Source: a virus (Duplodnaviria; Caudoviricetes). From it: a stretch of 38,258 nucleotides of DNA. The translations under genes and the position numbers were made by a program. Location of the stretch: positions 1-38,258 of IMG/VR virus record IMGVR_UViG_3300030376_006133; one strand, given 5' to 3'. Shown one piece after another: positions 7,699 to 20,000 of this stretch. The number at the start of each line of letters is the position of its first letter. Positions within the stretch are counted from its first letter, which is position 1. The notes below the pieces were generated by a model that saw nothing but the letters and a program-made list of their open reading frames with translations, ran no database searches and was not told the DNA's origin.

Positions 7699-10600
7699 TG
7701 GAAAAGGATGTATTTGTACCTAATGGCGGACTTAACCAAGACATGGAAGAATTTTTCTTGCCTAAAGGAGATTATATTGATGCAAAAAATATAGTTATAG
7801 ATGCAGGAAATAAAGGAGGAGCGTCTGCAATAAAAAAAATAGAAGGAGTTGCTAGTGTAGATTCATATTCAGGAACTATCAAAGCTGTTACAGAAACTAA
7901 AGAAGTTATATATTTTGTAACAAGACATGGCAACACGGCTAGAATTTATAAACTAGCAAATAGCAAAGTCACAGAATTGTTAAATTATCAACACTCTATA
8001 TTAGTTGCGGATGACTTTTCACCAGACATCAAAGTCTTAGGCGATGTTGTAGTTTGGAATTACTACAAAGGAGGAACTCCTTTAAGTTGGTATTTTGGTG
8101 GGTCAAGACCTGGTGGAAACATTCCGCCAGAAAGAATTAAGTTTGCTAAACAGACACCTAATTTTATATTTAATATAACAAAAAATATTGCAAGTACAAC
8201 TGCTAAAGATTTTTTAGAGCAAAACGATTTTCAATTTGCTGCTACATATAAGTATGATAGTAATGAAATGTCAGCTCTTGGTCCTATATCTATATGTTTC
8301 AAAGCAGAGCCTAATGTATCTACATATACAATAAACAAAACCATAACTAATAAACCATTATACGCTAAAGAGTTAGATTTATATGCTAGAGTAGGGAATG
8401 CAGGTGTTTTTAGAAGAATACATACTTTTGATATATCTGATGATATATATAACGACAGAACAATTTTAACTAGCTTTACATGGAGTGGTCAAACTTACGA
8501 AGCATTAGATTCTACAATAAGTGGTAAATTATTTGATAACATACCTGTAGAAACAAAAGCTATTGAGGTTGCTGATAATAGAATATTTTTAGCAAACAAT
8601 CAAGATGATTATGTTAATGACGCAACAGGAACTATAACTATATCTATACCATCAGATAATGGATACGAGTTACCAACTACATCAGGAACTATAAAAAATT
8701 ATTTTTCTTCTAGCAACGTCACAGAGGCAGGTGTAAATTCTACAGAAGACGGCACGGCAAACTTTAAAGCTTTTGCAAATAACTCAGAATACGCTGTAGG
8801 TTATGCTTTTTATGACGACGCTATGAAAACTAGAGGCGTAGAATCTACAACTACATTTCAAACTAATGATTTTGCATATCCTATTATACCCACAGTACAA
8901 CTAACTTTAGATAAAAGTTCTAGTGAATGTTTTCCTAGCTGGGCTAAATACTTGCAAATACTGTATAGTAAAAATTTAAACAAAACCTTTTTTTATGAAG
9001 GTTATGCTTCTGCGTTTTGGTTTGAGTTACAAGAAGAAGGTCTAGCTGACCCTTTCTTTACAAATCAAACAAGAACTACATTTGAAACTCGTAAAGTTTT
9101 GAAATTAAACATAAATGATAATGATTTAAAAAATGTTAAGTTTTTAGTAATTAGTTTGATGGGAATGTTTCGTGATGAAAAACCATATAATTATCAAGAC
9201 GGCGACAGAATAAGAATAAATTTAGTTTCTAACTCAAGTGCTTCTGACAATATATTAGACATGCAAATATCAGGTCAAGTAGGAGCTTTGCTATATGTAG
9301 AATACACAGGCGGTTCTATAGATTTACAAAATGCCTTTTCATATCCAGAAAAAAACTTTTTTGAAATATACACACCTAAAGAAATAGCAGAAGATGAAAA
9401 TTTAATATTTTACGAAAGTGGAACTTTGCTATCTGTAGATGATTTTGACGCAGCAGGAAATTACAACATAACACAAAGAAGTGGTGTTGGTGATTCTATA
9501 CCTAATCAACAACCACTAGGAGATTCTATATTTGAAAAACTAGATTTACTAACGTACACAGAAGCTCCATTTGAAGACACTGTAAATGTAGCTTCTAGTG
9601 AATCAGCAGCAGGCGCTATTGTTACTACTAGAAATTCTGGAACTAATATACTTAACAAATTTTACTCATCAACAACTACACAAGGCTCTATAACAGGACC
9701 AAGTTACACAGGTTCTTTTTTAAGTTTTGTTGCAGGTTCAGATTTAGCCAAAAGAACAACACATGATAACACTAACGATTCTTTACAATTCAACAATAGT
9801 ATTAAAATTTCAGATAACACATCATCTAATACCGTCAAATTAATATCTGGTAAATTAAGATTACAGCTGTCTATTTCTAACGGAACATTAAATAATTTAA
9901 ATTTTGTTACAACTATAACGTTGTTTCATGTAGATTCTGACGGCACAGAAGTAGCTATAGGCACAGCATACTCCACAACATGGACTAACAATGGCAACAC
10001 TGTATCATCTTTAAGTACTGCCTCTACAGAAATAAATTTTGCTTCCTCGAACCATACTTTTGGTAATTTATCTAGCGGCAGTATTAATAAAGACATAGAT
10101 TATAATGATAAACTTAGAATTAAAGTATCATCTACTATTGCCTACACAGTTACTCCGTTTTCAGGAAGTACCGCTACAGTTACTAGCTCTGCTTCTACAA
10201 GCGCAGACCCAATACAACTGCAAGTAAATCATGACTATAGAGCTGTTACTACCAGCATAGTGTTTGATAACGATGCAGCTGTGCAAGATGGTGGCGACTT
10301 TTTAATAAGAACTACATCTAAAGCTAAAAGAAAATTATTTTGGAATACATCTATAGGTAAACCAAACATACGTTCTATAGAAAAAAATATAGCAAGAAAA
10401 ATAAATAACATAAGGTACGGTGGCAAGTTTGTACAAGGAACTAACATAAACGATATATCTTCATTTTTTATATTAGACAGAAAAGACGTGCCACATGAAA
10501 ATGGTGCTATACAGATATTGCAAAAAACTTCTAAGCTACAAGCAGAGGGGCAAGTTATGTTGTGTATATGTGATAACGAAACATCATCTATATATTTGAA

Positions 10601-11447
10601 TGAAAGAATATTATCTGATGGGGCTGGTAATTCTCTTATTGCTGCATCTGGTAAAGTATTAGGTACAGTAAGAAATCTAAAAGGTAGTTATGGTACAGCA
10701 GATAGAAAGTCTGTCGTCCAATACAAAGGGAATGTGTTTTGGTGGGATTCTAAAACAAAAAACATAGTTAGATATAACAGAAACGGACTAACACCAATAT
10801 CAGATTTAGGTATGAAAAAATACTTTAAAGCAAGAACAGAAAATCCTGTAAGTTACATATTACCAGAATACGATATGTATGTAATAGATTTTGGAACTAA
10901 TAAAGCTGTAGGTTTTAATAATAGAAATGGCAGATGGGTTTCTTTTTATAACGGAGCTGTAGACATGGCAATACACATGAACAACGAAACGTTTTATTTT
11001 AAAACAGAATCTATAAAAAAAACATCTAGTTCTAATTACGATACGTATGTAGATGGTCAATCAAGTGAAGGATTTATACAGTACAAGTTAAACGCACAAA
11101 CGCCAGTAGCTTTAGAAAATATGACTATATTACAAAACGGTGGAGACTTTGTAGATTACGCACAAACTAACAACATTAAAAGCGGTGTGTTAGAAATACT
11201 AATAGAAAACGAAAATGGACAAACAACTACACTATTAGACGCTAATTTTATGTTAGATAACAAATACATGTTTGCACACATTTTAAGGGATTCTGGGTCA
11301 GCTGGAGGACTTGTAAACGGTGATTTTATGATTGGTTCTAACAATAAAATAAAATTAAGACTTAAAGATATTAACGACACAACTAATGATTATAAAATTA
11401 ATGCTGTATCAGTAGGTTACAATAACTCTGCAGGACACACATTATAA
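7698..11447 (+). CDS. Tail muzzle/stabilisation protein (P22 gp10-like)
   Basis: 1249 aa; GGLNQD..LPKGDYIDAKNI start, FQFAATYKYDSNEMS and IEVADNRIFLAN motifs; beta-rich C-terminus. Confidence 0.75.
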   Translation: MEKDVFVPNGGLNQDMEEFFLPKGDYIDAKNIVIDAGNKGGASAIKKIEGVASVDSYSGTIKAVTETKEVIYFVTRHGNTARIYKLANSKVTELLNYQHSILVADDFSPDIKVLGDVVVWNYYKGGTPLSWYFGGSRPGGNIPPERIKFAKQTPNFIFNITKNIASTTAKDFLEQNDFQFAATYKYDSNEMSALGPISICFKAEPNVSTYTINKTITNKPLYAKELDLYARVGNAGVFRRIHTFDISDDIYNDRTILTSFTWSGQTYEALDSTISGKLFDNIPVETKAIEVADNRIFLANNQDDYVNDATGTITISIPSDNGYELPTTSGTIKNYFSSSNVTEAGVNSTEDGTANFKAFANNSEYAVGYAFYDDAMKTRGVESTTTFQTNDFAYPIIPTVQLTLDKSSSECFPSWAKYLQILYSKNLNKTFFYEGYASAFWFELQEEGLADPFFTNQTRTTFETRKVLKLNINDNDLKNVKFLVISLMGMFRDEKPYNYQDGDRIRINLVSNSSASDNILDMQISGQVGALLYVEYTGGSIDLQNAFSYPEKNFFEIYTPKEIAEDENLIFYESGTLLSVDDFDAAGNYNITQRSGVGDSIPNQQPLGDSIFEKLDLLTYTEAPFEDTVNVASSESAAGAIVTTRNSGTNILNKFYSSTTTQGSITGPSYTGSFLSFVAGSDLAKRTTHDNTNDSLQFNNSIKISDNTSSNTVKLISGKLRLQLSISNGTLNNLNFVTTITLFHVDSDGTEVAIGTAYSTTWTNNGNTVSSLSTASTEINFASSNHTFGNLSSGSINKDIDYNDKLRIKVSSTIAYTVTPFSGSTATVTSSASTSADPIQLQVNHDYRAVTTSIVFDNDAAVQDGGDFLIRTTSKAKRKLFWNTSIGKPNIRSIEKNIARKINNIRYGGKFVQGTNINDISSFFILDRKDVPHENGAIQILQKTSKLQAEGQVMLCICDNETSSIYLNERILSDGAGNSLIAASGKVLGTVRNLKGSYGTADRKSVVQYKGNVFWWDSKTKNIVRYNRNGLTPISDLGMKKYFKARTENPVSYILPEYDMYVIDFGTNKAVGFNNRNGRWVSFYNGAVDMAIHMNNETFYFKTESIKKTSSSNYDTYVDGQSSEGFIQYKLNAQTPVALENMTILQNGGDFVDYAQTNNIKSGVLEILIENENGQTTTLLDANFMLDNKYMFAHILRDSGSAGGLVNGDFMIGSNNKIKLRLKDINDTTNDYKINAVSVGYNNSAGHTL

Positions 11448-11459
11448 TAAAAAAACGTT

Positions 11460-11467
11460 TAATTTTG
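11460..11467 (+). promoter_or_regulatory. Bacteroidota-type -7 promoter element
   Basis: TAATTTTG ending 12 nt before ATG 11480. Confidence 0.5.
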
Positions 11468-11479
11468 AACAGATAAATT

Positions 11480-12253
11480 ATGCCCTTTGGAAGTTTAACA
11501 GGAACACAACAACAACAAAATAAAAAAAACAATATGGACCCGACTGTAGCAGCAAGTTTGATAAATAAAGGCGTGGGGATGTTTGGAGGTTTATTCAGTG
11601 GTTTAGGTGAAAATGCAATGCTTAAAGCTATGATTCCTGGTATGCAACAAAATTTAGCACAACTAGGAATATACGGTAAAGAAAACATTGGCATGAGAGA
11701 AAAAGCTTACGGCGGTTACGGTAACCTAGTTGATTTGAATACAGACCCAACAAGAAACGCCATGCAAGCTGCTACTAATATAGCTACAGATAATGCTTTA
11801 ATGGCATCTGGCGGTAGAGTAGAAGGCTCACAAATGGCTTTTGATGAATTAGCAGAAGCTAGAGCAGAAGGCGCAGGTTTAACAAGAAGAAGTGTAGGAG
11901 ATACAACTGACGTGTTACAAAGCACTGCATTACGTAATGTGCTAGACAATAGAACACTGTCAAGAATGGGAACTGATTTTGCAAGACAAGGTCAAGCAAA
12001 CCAGATGGCTGCAAATCAAAACTTACAGTCTGCTTTCCAAAATCAAGCGCAAGTAGAAAGAAGTTTAGCGTTAGATGAAATGAGAGCTGAAAGAGAAAAA
12101 CAAATGTTAGGCATACAAGGTCAATTAGGTATAGCAGACGCAACGTTTGATTTAAACATGGCAAAGTTACAACAACAAGGCGCTATAAATCAAACACAAG
12201 CACAAAGGAAGGGTGCGTTTTTAAGAGGTTTAGGTCAAGGCTTAATGAGTTAA
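11480..12253 (+). CDS. Putative ejection/pilot protein
   Basis: Gly/Ala/Gln/Met-rich, amphipathic N-terminus and coiled coil; follows the muzzle gene. Confidence 0.6.
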   Translation: MPFGSLTGTQQQQNKKNNMDPTVAASLINKGVGMFGGLFSGLGENAMLKAMIPGMQQNLAQLGIYGKENIGMREKAYGGYGNLVDLNTDPTRNAMQAATNIATDNALMASGGRVEGSQMAFDELAEARAEGAGLTRRSVGDTTDVLQSTALRNVLDNRTLSRMGTDFARQGQANQMAANQNLQSAFQNQAQVERSLALDEMRAEREKQMLGIQGQLGIADATFDLNMAKLQQQGAINQTQAQRKGAFLRGLGQGLMS

Positions 12254-12256
12254 TAA

Positions 12257-14026
12257 ATGTCTAGAGAGTACTACATATACAATCCTAAAGAATTAATAAA
12301 TCGAGCTACACGTGGTATAGAACAAAGTGTTGCACAGGGCACTAGTGGTATTGGAGAATTATTGGGAGATGCTATAAAAACTAAAGCTGCGAACGAAGAG
12401 CTCAATAAAAGAAACAACGAAACATTTTTGTCTAATATAGATGGACTATTACAACAAGCAGACGCTAACAATATAGAACTTATAAGAGGTAGGGTTGATG
12501 GATTAAGAAGTTTTGCTGAAAAACATTTCGAGAATGGCGGTAAGGTAGAAGACAGTGAGTTTATGAACGAAGTTAGAAACAAAACTAGAGAAATAAATAA
12601 CATAGGTCTTAATAGTAAATTAGCTAATAACATTATATCTAATACTATGAAGTCTTTAACCAATCATATAAAATCTGGTGTTATAAGGTCAGGCGTTTTT
12701 GAAAACGTGTTAGCGTTAAATACTGATGAAGATGTTTTATTAAACTTAAATCCAGAGCAATTAAGGCAAAGAATAGATGAAGTTGTAAATAATCACATAG
12801 ACTACGAAACTCCATCTATTTCTTTTTTACATACAAACAGAGGTATGCCAATTAATTCAGATAACATAGAAACAGAAACAGAACGTGATGGTAAATTTGA
12901 CTATGAGTACAAAAACACAAACAAAGGACATTCTAATTTTATGGATAAATCTACAGGTAAATTGCGTTCAGATTTATCTGGTTATATAGGAGGTTTGTAT
13001 CAAGAAAAAATAGGTACTTATATACCATTAGCAGAACGTAAAAAAGCTGGTGTAGGTGTTTATGACATGTACCAAATGATAGCTGACAAAGCTATTGAAG
13101 ATTACGAAAGAATAAGATATACCGAAGGCTTTCAAGGGGCGCAAACAGATAATGTCTTTGAAAAAATAGGCATAATGTTATCTGGTCACAGTTATTTTGA
13201 TGAAACAAATCAAATTGTAAACAACGAAAGACAACTTGTAAGTAAAACAGAAAGAACAGACCAAGATTATTTAGATACGTTACCAACAGAAGAAGAAGGC
13301 TTTACATATTTAGGTATGGATTTTGATTCTAAACCAACAGAAAAAGACAAAAAGAGAGCTGCGTTAAATGTTGTAACGCCTGCATTTAGTAACATACTTG
13401 TGAAAAGCGCAAATAGAGAAGAATTATCACAAGGCGAAAATCAAGATTTAAATTCTATAAGAGAATTGATAGATGCAAGCACAGATGCTAACACAGAATC
13501 GTATTCTGGGGAAGAGCTTATAAATAATGTTTTTGCTGGTGATAAAAGATTAGATGCTTATTTATTTCCACAAGTAGAAAAAAAGGCAGGTAGCAATATA
13601 AGAATTGAAGATTCAGATATTTCTAAAGCTAACAAACAAAAAATTAGAGAGTTAGCAAACGAAGTAGAAAAAGAACCTACAGGTATTTTTACAAGTGCAA
13701 GGTCACATGAAGATAACATGGGTATAGTACAAAAAGCTATAAACAAAGGTGATATAAGCGGTGATGAAATACTTAAAATGTTAGGAATAGCAGAAAACAC
13801 TACGTATCAACCGAATGATGAATACATATTATTTGAACCAACTAAAGGTGGTTTGGAAAATGAAATAGTTAATTTAACACGTAGCACACCAGAACTAATG
13901 ACTTCTATATTAAGTAAATACACAGATGAAGCATCGTTGATAAATTTTGCTGAAAGCATATACAATAGAACATACAAAAATGTAAATACAGGAGACAAAA
14001 AAGCCCCATTATTTGAAGAGGACTAA
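12257..14026 (+). CDS. Putative internal virion (ejection) protein
   Basis: 589 aa, helical and acidic; lies between the pilot-like and giant proteins. Confidence 0.5.
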   Translation: MSREYYIYNPKELINRATRGIEQSVAQGTSGIGELLGDAIKTKAANEELNKRNNETFLSNIDGLLQQADANNIELIRGRVDGLRSFAEKHFENGGKVEDSEFMNEVRNKTREINNIGLNSKLANNIISNTMKSLTNHIKSGVIRSGVFENVLALNTDEDVLLNLNPEQLRQRIDEVVNNHIDYETPSISFLHTNRGMPINSDNIETETERDGKFDYEYKNTNKGHSNFMDKSTGKLRSDLSGYIGGLYQEKIGTYIPLAERKKAGVGVYDMYQMIADKAIEDYERIRYTEGFQGAQTDNVFEKIGIMLSGHSYFDETNQIVNNERQLVSKTERTDQDYLDTLPTEEEGFTYLGMDFDSKPTEKDKKRAALNVVTPAFSNILVKSANREELSQGENQDLNSIRELIDASTDANTESYSGEELINNVFAGDKRLDAYLFPQVEKKAGSNIRIEDSDISKANKQKIRELANEVEKEPTGIFTSARSHEDNMGIVQKAINKGDISGDEILKMLGIAENTTYQPNDEYILFEPTKGGLENEIVNLTRSTPELMTSILSKYTDEASLINFAESIYNRTYKNVNTGDKKAPLFEED

Positions 14027-14041
14027 AGAATATGAAACACC

Positions 14042-17000
14042 ATGATAGAAAACAAAAATTTTCAAAAAATATATGATGTTTTAAAGTCTCAATTTGATAT
14101 AGGTACATTAGAACAATTCAAAGAAAAAATGAACGACGCCAATAATAGAAGGCGCGTTTATGAAACGCTTGGTACAGCATATGACGTAGGCACATACGAA
14201 GAGTTCGAAAATAAAATAGGATTACAACAAGAAGAAACAAACGAAGCACCATACAGAAGATTCGAGTCAAATGATGTTGTAGACACACCTTTAGAAAAAG
14301 TAGAATATTATAATCCTTTTGAAAAAGAAGCGTATGAATTTAGTAAAACAATAAATAAAAACGTTTTTAAAACACCTACCATAACGCAAATCAAAAGACT
14401 AAAGGATGGTAACTTTTTAGAAAGAACTGACAACGAAGGAAACTTGATAAGAGAAAGTCATCGCATGGTTGCTGACATAGACCCTGTAAGTAAAAAACCT
14501 GTAGTGTTTCCTACACTGTATCCTAAAGTAGAAAGTCCTACAAATGACCCAGAAGATTGGATTTCTTTCGATGATAACGAAGAAGCTATACAGTATGCTA
14601 AAGATAACGATGAATTGTATTTTGGTTTAAATACATCTACAGGAGACATACCATTTAAAAATTTAAAAGAAGCGAATGAGTACGCTACTAACGGATACAA
14701 AAAATTACAAACATGGAAAGAGCATTATGATGGATTGTTAAATTACATGGAAAAAAATCCTAAAATAACCACAGAAATGCGTAAAGCTACCGAGCGTGGT
14801 ATTATAAGAAGACAGAAATTAAACGCAGTAAAAGAAGAAGCGTTAAAAAATTATAAAGAAGGTAATTTTGACAATACTATAGTCAAAGTAGGAGGGTTGT
14901 TAAAAGACGCTGTTGTTCATGATTTGTTTTTTAACTCTATAGGCTCTTTAGCTGCAGACATAGAAAATTTTATAGGTGGAACAGACAACATATATAGTTT
15001 TTTAGACAACGTAGCAGAAACAAAAGAACAAAAAGATTTAGTTAAATTTTATACAGAAGCATATAAAAGAAAAGGTGTTATACCAGACGCAGAAGTAGAA
15101 AAATTATTAAAAGACGGTATTTTAAATAACATAACAAACGGTATAGATGATGTTGTAAATAAAGGTGACTTTGGAACATTAACATTAGGTTTTAATGCGC
15201 TAGGCACACAAACATTAAGAGCTATACCAACGGCTGTAGCTATAATGTATACTGGCGGTAGAGTAGGTTCATCTAGATTTTTAAAAGGATTGAGTAGCTC
15301 AAATAGATTGCGTGCTGGTACACTAATATCTGCTACGCCATACGGTTATTCACACTCTGTATTAGATGAATACAGACAAGATAAAAACGTATCTGGTGGA
15401 GACAGGTTAGAAAGTTTTGCTAGGGGTTTGATAGAAGGGTTGACAGAAATAATGGGAGTTACAGCTAATAAAGCTTTTACTAAAACTATAACAAAAAAAC
15501 AAAGACAAGATTTAGTAGACGCATATTTAAAACCTATGAGGGTGAATGTAGGAAGAGCTGCAGGTGAAGAAGGTCTTGAAGAATACATAGCGTCTATAGG
15601 AAATGGTTTAGTAGACATAGTTGCAGACGGAGCAGACCCATTTAAAACATTACAAAAAAGACACAGAGAAGGTTTAGACCAATTTTTTGTTGGTGTAGGA
15701 GCAGGTACATTAATTTCTGGTGGAGCTAGATTATTGTCGAATAGAACTGATATGTTTGATAATCAAGATTTGATGCAAGAATTAGATTTTATTAATGATG
15801 CTATTAATGACGAGACATTATCAGAAACAAGCAAAAACAAATTAAGAGAAAGAAAGAAAAAAATAACTATAGATTACATAGACAGATTTTCAGAAAAATT
15901 AGTTGCTTTTAATAGCTTAGAACAAAAAGACATAGACAAAGGATTAGACAAAGCTGAAGAACTAAAAGACCTTATGGTGTACACGTCTGAACTAAATGAG
16001 ATAAAAAAAAGAACAGGCAAAAAATCATTTGACAAAACCATAAAAACTAACAACGAAAAAATTACACAGTTAAGAAAAGAAATAGACGAAATAACTTCTA
16101 AAGGCGCAGCTGCAAAAGTGCAAAAAACTATAGACGAAAAAACAGAAACACCAACGGTAGTCAACGAGCAAGTAGAAAAAGAAAAAGAAGTAGCAGAAAT
16201 ATCTTTTGACGCAAACACAGCTAATGAGGCTAGTGAGTATGTAAAGGAGACAGGGTTTGGTAATTTACTAGATGGTATATCTAATTTATTAAAAGCCACA
16301 AAAGAACTTACAGCTAAAGATTTACCTTTTAAAATAAACTTTTATAATTCTAATAAAAACTTTGCTAGTGTATCATCTAAAAAAGTTACAGAAAAAACAG
16401 CAGCTAAAATAGGTGGTAGATATGATGAAACAACAAACACTGCTCATATTAACTTAGAAGCCCTTAGAGATTTAGACCCAACACAGGCAAAGGTAACATT
16501 GTTGCATGAGGTTATACATCCTATAGTAGAAGAAGTTATAGCAGCCAATACAACTGGCTTGAAAACTATGGCAGAGTTTGCACTTAAAGACAAAGGAATC
16601 GCAGAGTTTGTAAAAGGTCTCAAGACAAAAAATCAAGAAACATTAGATAAAGAAGCCGTTACAGAATATCTCGCAAGAGTTGCGTCAGGTGATATACAAC
16701 CTACTCTCACTACTATTGAGAGTTTTAAACAATCTGTTATAAACGCGTTAGACTCTATAGGCATAAAACTCCCACAAAGTCTTGACTTTCAGATAGATAC
16801 GGAACAAGATTTTAAAAACTTTGCGTCTAGATTAGGAAATACTCTTAAGAGTGGGAGAGTCGTAAGAGCGGGCGTAAGAGTACCAGAAGGTCAGGAAAAA
16901 AAATCTGGTCCTGAGAGTATGCGAATTGCTACTGATGGTAATATAGAGTTTGAGGATGGTGGTAAAAAAGTAGAAAATTTTTTTGACGAAAAGCGTTTAG

Positions 17001-20000
17001 ATAAAACGCAAGAAGATGATAAGCTGCGTGATTTAACAAATAGTGAAGATTTTAAAAAATGGTTTGCGGGGTCTAAAATTACAGACAAAGATGGAAACCC
17101 ATTGGTTTTATATCACGGCTCAACTGCTGACTGGTATAAATACGACATAACAAAAGCTGGTAATACTGGACTGGATTACTTCGGTCCTGGGATTTACACT
17201 ACACCAGATACAAGAATAGCAAATATATTTGCAGGTGAAAGAGAAGGTGAGACTGGTGGTTCTGTATATCCTTTATATGTGTCTGTAAAAAATCCTATAA
17301 TAGTAGAATCTTCTAATACACCAGAAACTAAATTTACGGAAGAACAGATAGATTCTTTAATTACTAATTCACCTAATTTAGAAGCTACAATAGACAATCA
17401 AGTAGAGTTTGTCAATTTTATTAAAGATGCCATACAGCAAGAGTTTAATGAAGGCGCAAGAATGTCTAGAGAACAGCAAGCGATAAAAAACGATTTATTG
17501 CAAAACGCTAACAACATAAATGATATGTATAATGACTTGCAAAACACTGATAAAACAGACGCAGATTACAGCTCTGCAATGCAATCATATACACCAGATA
17601 TAATTAGTTTTTATCAAAATTTAAGCAACGCAACATTAGAAACTGGTTTACCAGAAATAGACAACATAGCTAATAATGCAGTAGAGTTTATGAAACGAAT
17701 AGATTTTGGGTTCTATAGATTACCTAGTAAATTAGAAAAAGACGTAGATGGTTCTTATACATTAAAACCATCAGTAAGTTTTGGTAAAAAAGAAAACACA
17801 GAATCTATAAAACGTTTTCATAAAGCATTAAATGATATAGGGTATGATGGTATACTAGCTGATGAAATACTCAAGTCTGACGGCACTGTAAAAGACTTTA
17901 GAGTTGTAGTAGCTTTTAGCCCTAATCAAATTAAATCTATATACAATACAGGTAAATTTAATTTAGCTTCTGATAATATATTAAACAGAGAACTTGCAAA
18001 ACCAACAGAACAAAAAGAAACTAAAAAAGAAGAAACACCAACTATAGTAACACAACCAGAGGAAGTAGATGAAATGTTTAGAATACTAACAGAAAAACAA
18101 ACTAAAGCTTTTTATCATAGGTCATTAAAATACAGAAAGAACGCTCCTGTAGTACCAGGTTCTTGGGCGTCTGCATTTAATATACAAAGAGGGTTAATAG
18201 AAAAATACGTCAGAAAAACAGCTGCAGTAAAGTTTGGGGAGTTTACAGAAGATATAGAAATACTTGCTAGATATAACTTGTACAAGTCTTCTAAAAAAAC
18301 TGCAGAAGATTTTCACAAAGCAGTAATGCCTTTAATAGAAAACACTGTACCGTCTATAGAAGATTTACAAATAGCAAAAAAACTTGCTGACGAATTAAAC
18401 AAAAGGTTTAATTCAGATAATGTGTTTATAAATGAAATAGGTACATATGTAAGTATGTTAGATTCTGATTTGTTAAAAGATATTAAAACAGATGAAGACA
18501 TTGTAGCCTTAGTAGAAGAAATACAAATGGAAGAACTGAACGAGGAAGAAAAGAAAAGAATAACTGCGCTTACAGATAATATTATAAAAAGAGGTAATGA
18601 CCTGCATAAAAAGAACGAAGAAAAACAACTAGACGCAAAATATGAATTAAAAGCTATAAAAAGTTTTATAGTGAGGCAAGCAGAAAAAATAATAAAAGCA
18701 AAAGCAAAAACAGAAGCGGCATTAAAAAAATATGTATTATCAGATAAAGACATAGAAACTATAGATAGAGCATTAGCGGGTTCTACTATGCCTGTAGAGG
18801 ATAAAGCTAAAGTTATAGGTAATCTAAAAACTAATAGAAAATTAATAGGTAATGTTGCTAAAAATCAAATAAGAAAATCAAACAACATACAAAAAATAAA
18901 CAGTCTTCTTAAAAAATCTAGAAAACAAATACTAGATTATTTACTCAATAGAAATAGTATATTAGGATTTAATGTAACGTCTAACGAAATAAATACTATA
19001 GATGATGCTTTACCTAAAAATGGTTTTAGTAAAACACACATACAGGTATTAGAAGATACTTTTGAAAATCATGAGATTGATAAACTTTTAAGCACATTAG
19101 AATCATTAGCTGATGGGTATATGTCTCCTGCTACATATAGTAGAATACTAAAAAAATTAGCAAACACAGTTAAAGCAATAGATTTTGTTAATAGTTTATC
19201 AGAACTAAAATTTTTAAAAGATGATTTAGGCAGGTTTATAAGAGACTCTAAAGCTAGAAGAGAGTATAGAGAAAAACCAAACTTAGGGTGGATTAGAGAA
19301 GCTGTAGATAAAAGAGCTGTAAAAAAAGAGCTAGAAAGCGTTATGTCAAACAGTGCTTTTCCTGTATTTGGTAAAATTAAAAACAAAGCTGTTATAAGAT
19401 TATTTAATATTATTAGATTGAATCAAGGTACTGCAGAAGGATACAAGAAAAAAATAAACATACAAAAAACTAACCTTGTTAAAAAAATTAAATTTTCTAC
19501 AGAGTTTGAAGGAGAAACATATACGATTAGAGATTTAAATATATTAGGTCACATGTATATGTTGCATAAACAGTTTTTAAATAATCCTAATTCAAGTAGA
19601 GTGCCAGAGTTGTATCAAAGCTTAATAAAAACAAGGCTTGAAGACAATGATGAAGATTCTAAACAAATAATGCGTGTTTGGAACAATTTTAAAAAAGAAA
19701 ACGCTAACGTACTTGACGTAGCAAAAGCAGATAAGCTATTTAAAAAATCTAATTTTGCTGATTACATAAAATTTGCAAGAAAAACTTTTGATGATTTACA
19801 AGACAAAGTAGCATATTTACAAAAATTTAGAATAAGAGATAAGATACAAATTTTTGCAGATTACGTGCCTGTCTTAAACACAAAGCAATCTGGTAATGAT
19901 GCGCTAGCTAAATCTTTTAATGCAATAATATCATCTGTTTTTAATCCTGCTGCAGTAACACCTGCAAAAACAACTATATCTAGACAAACATATAAAAACA

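Noticed and set aside
420-18400. Other CTGATGA/CTGACGA occurrences on the + strand (e.g. near 428, 12724, 17859)
   Set aside because: All lie inside long CDSs and I saw no stem II-GAAA-stem III-UH arrangement after them.
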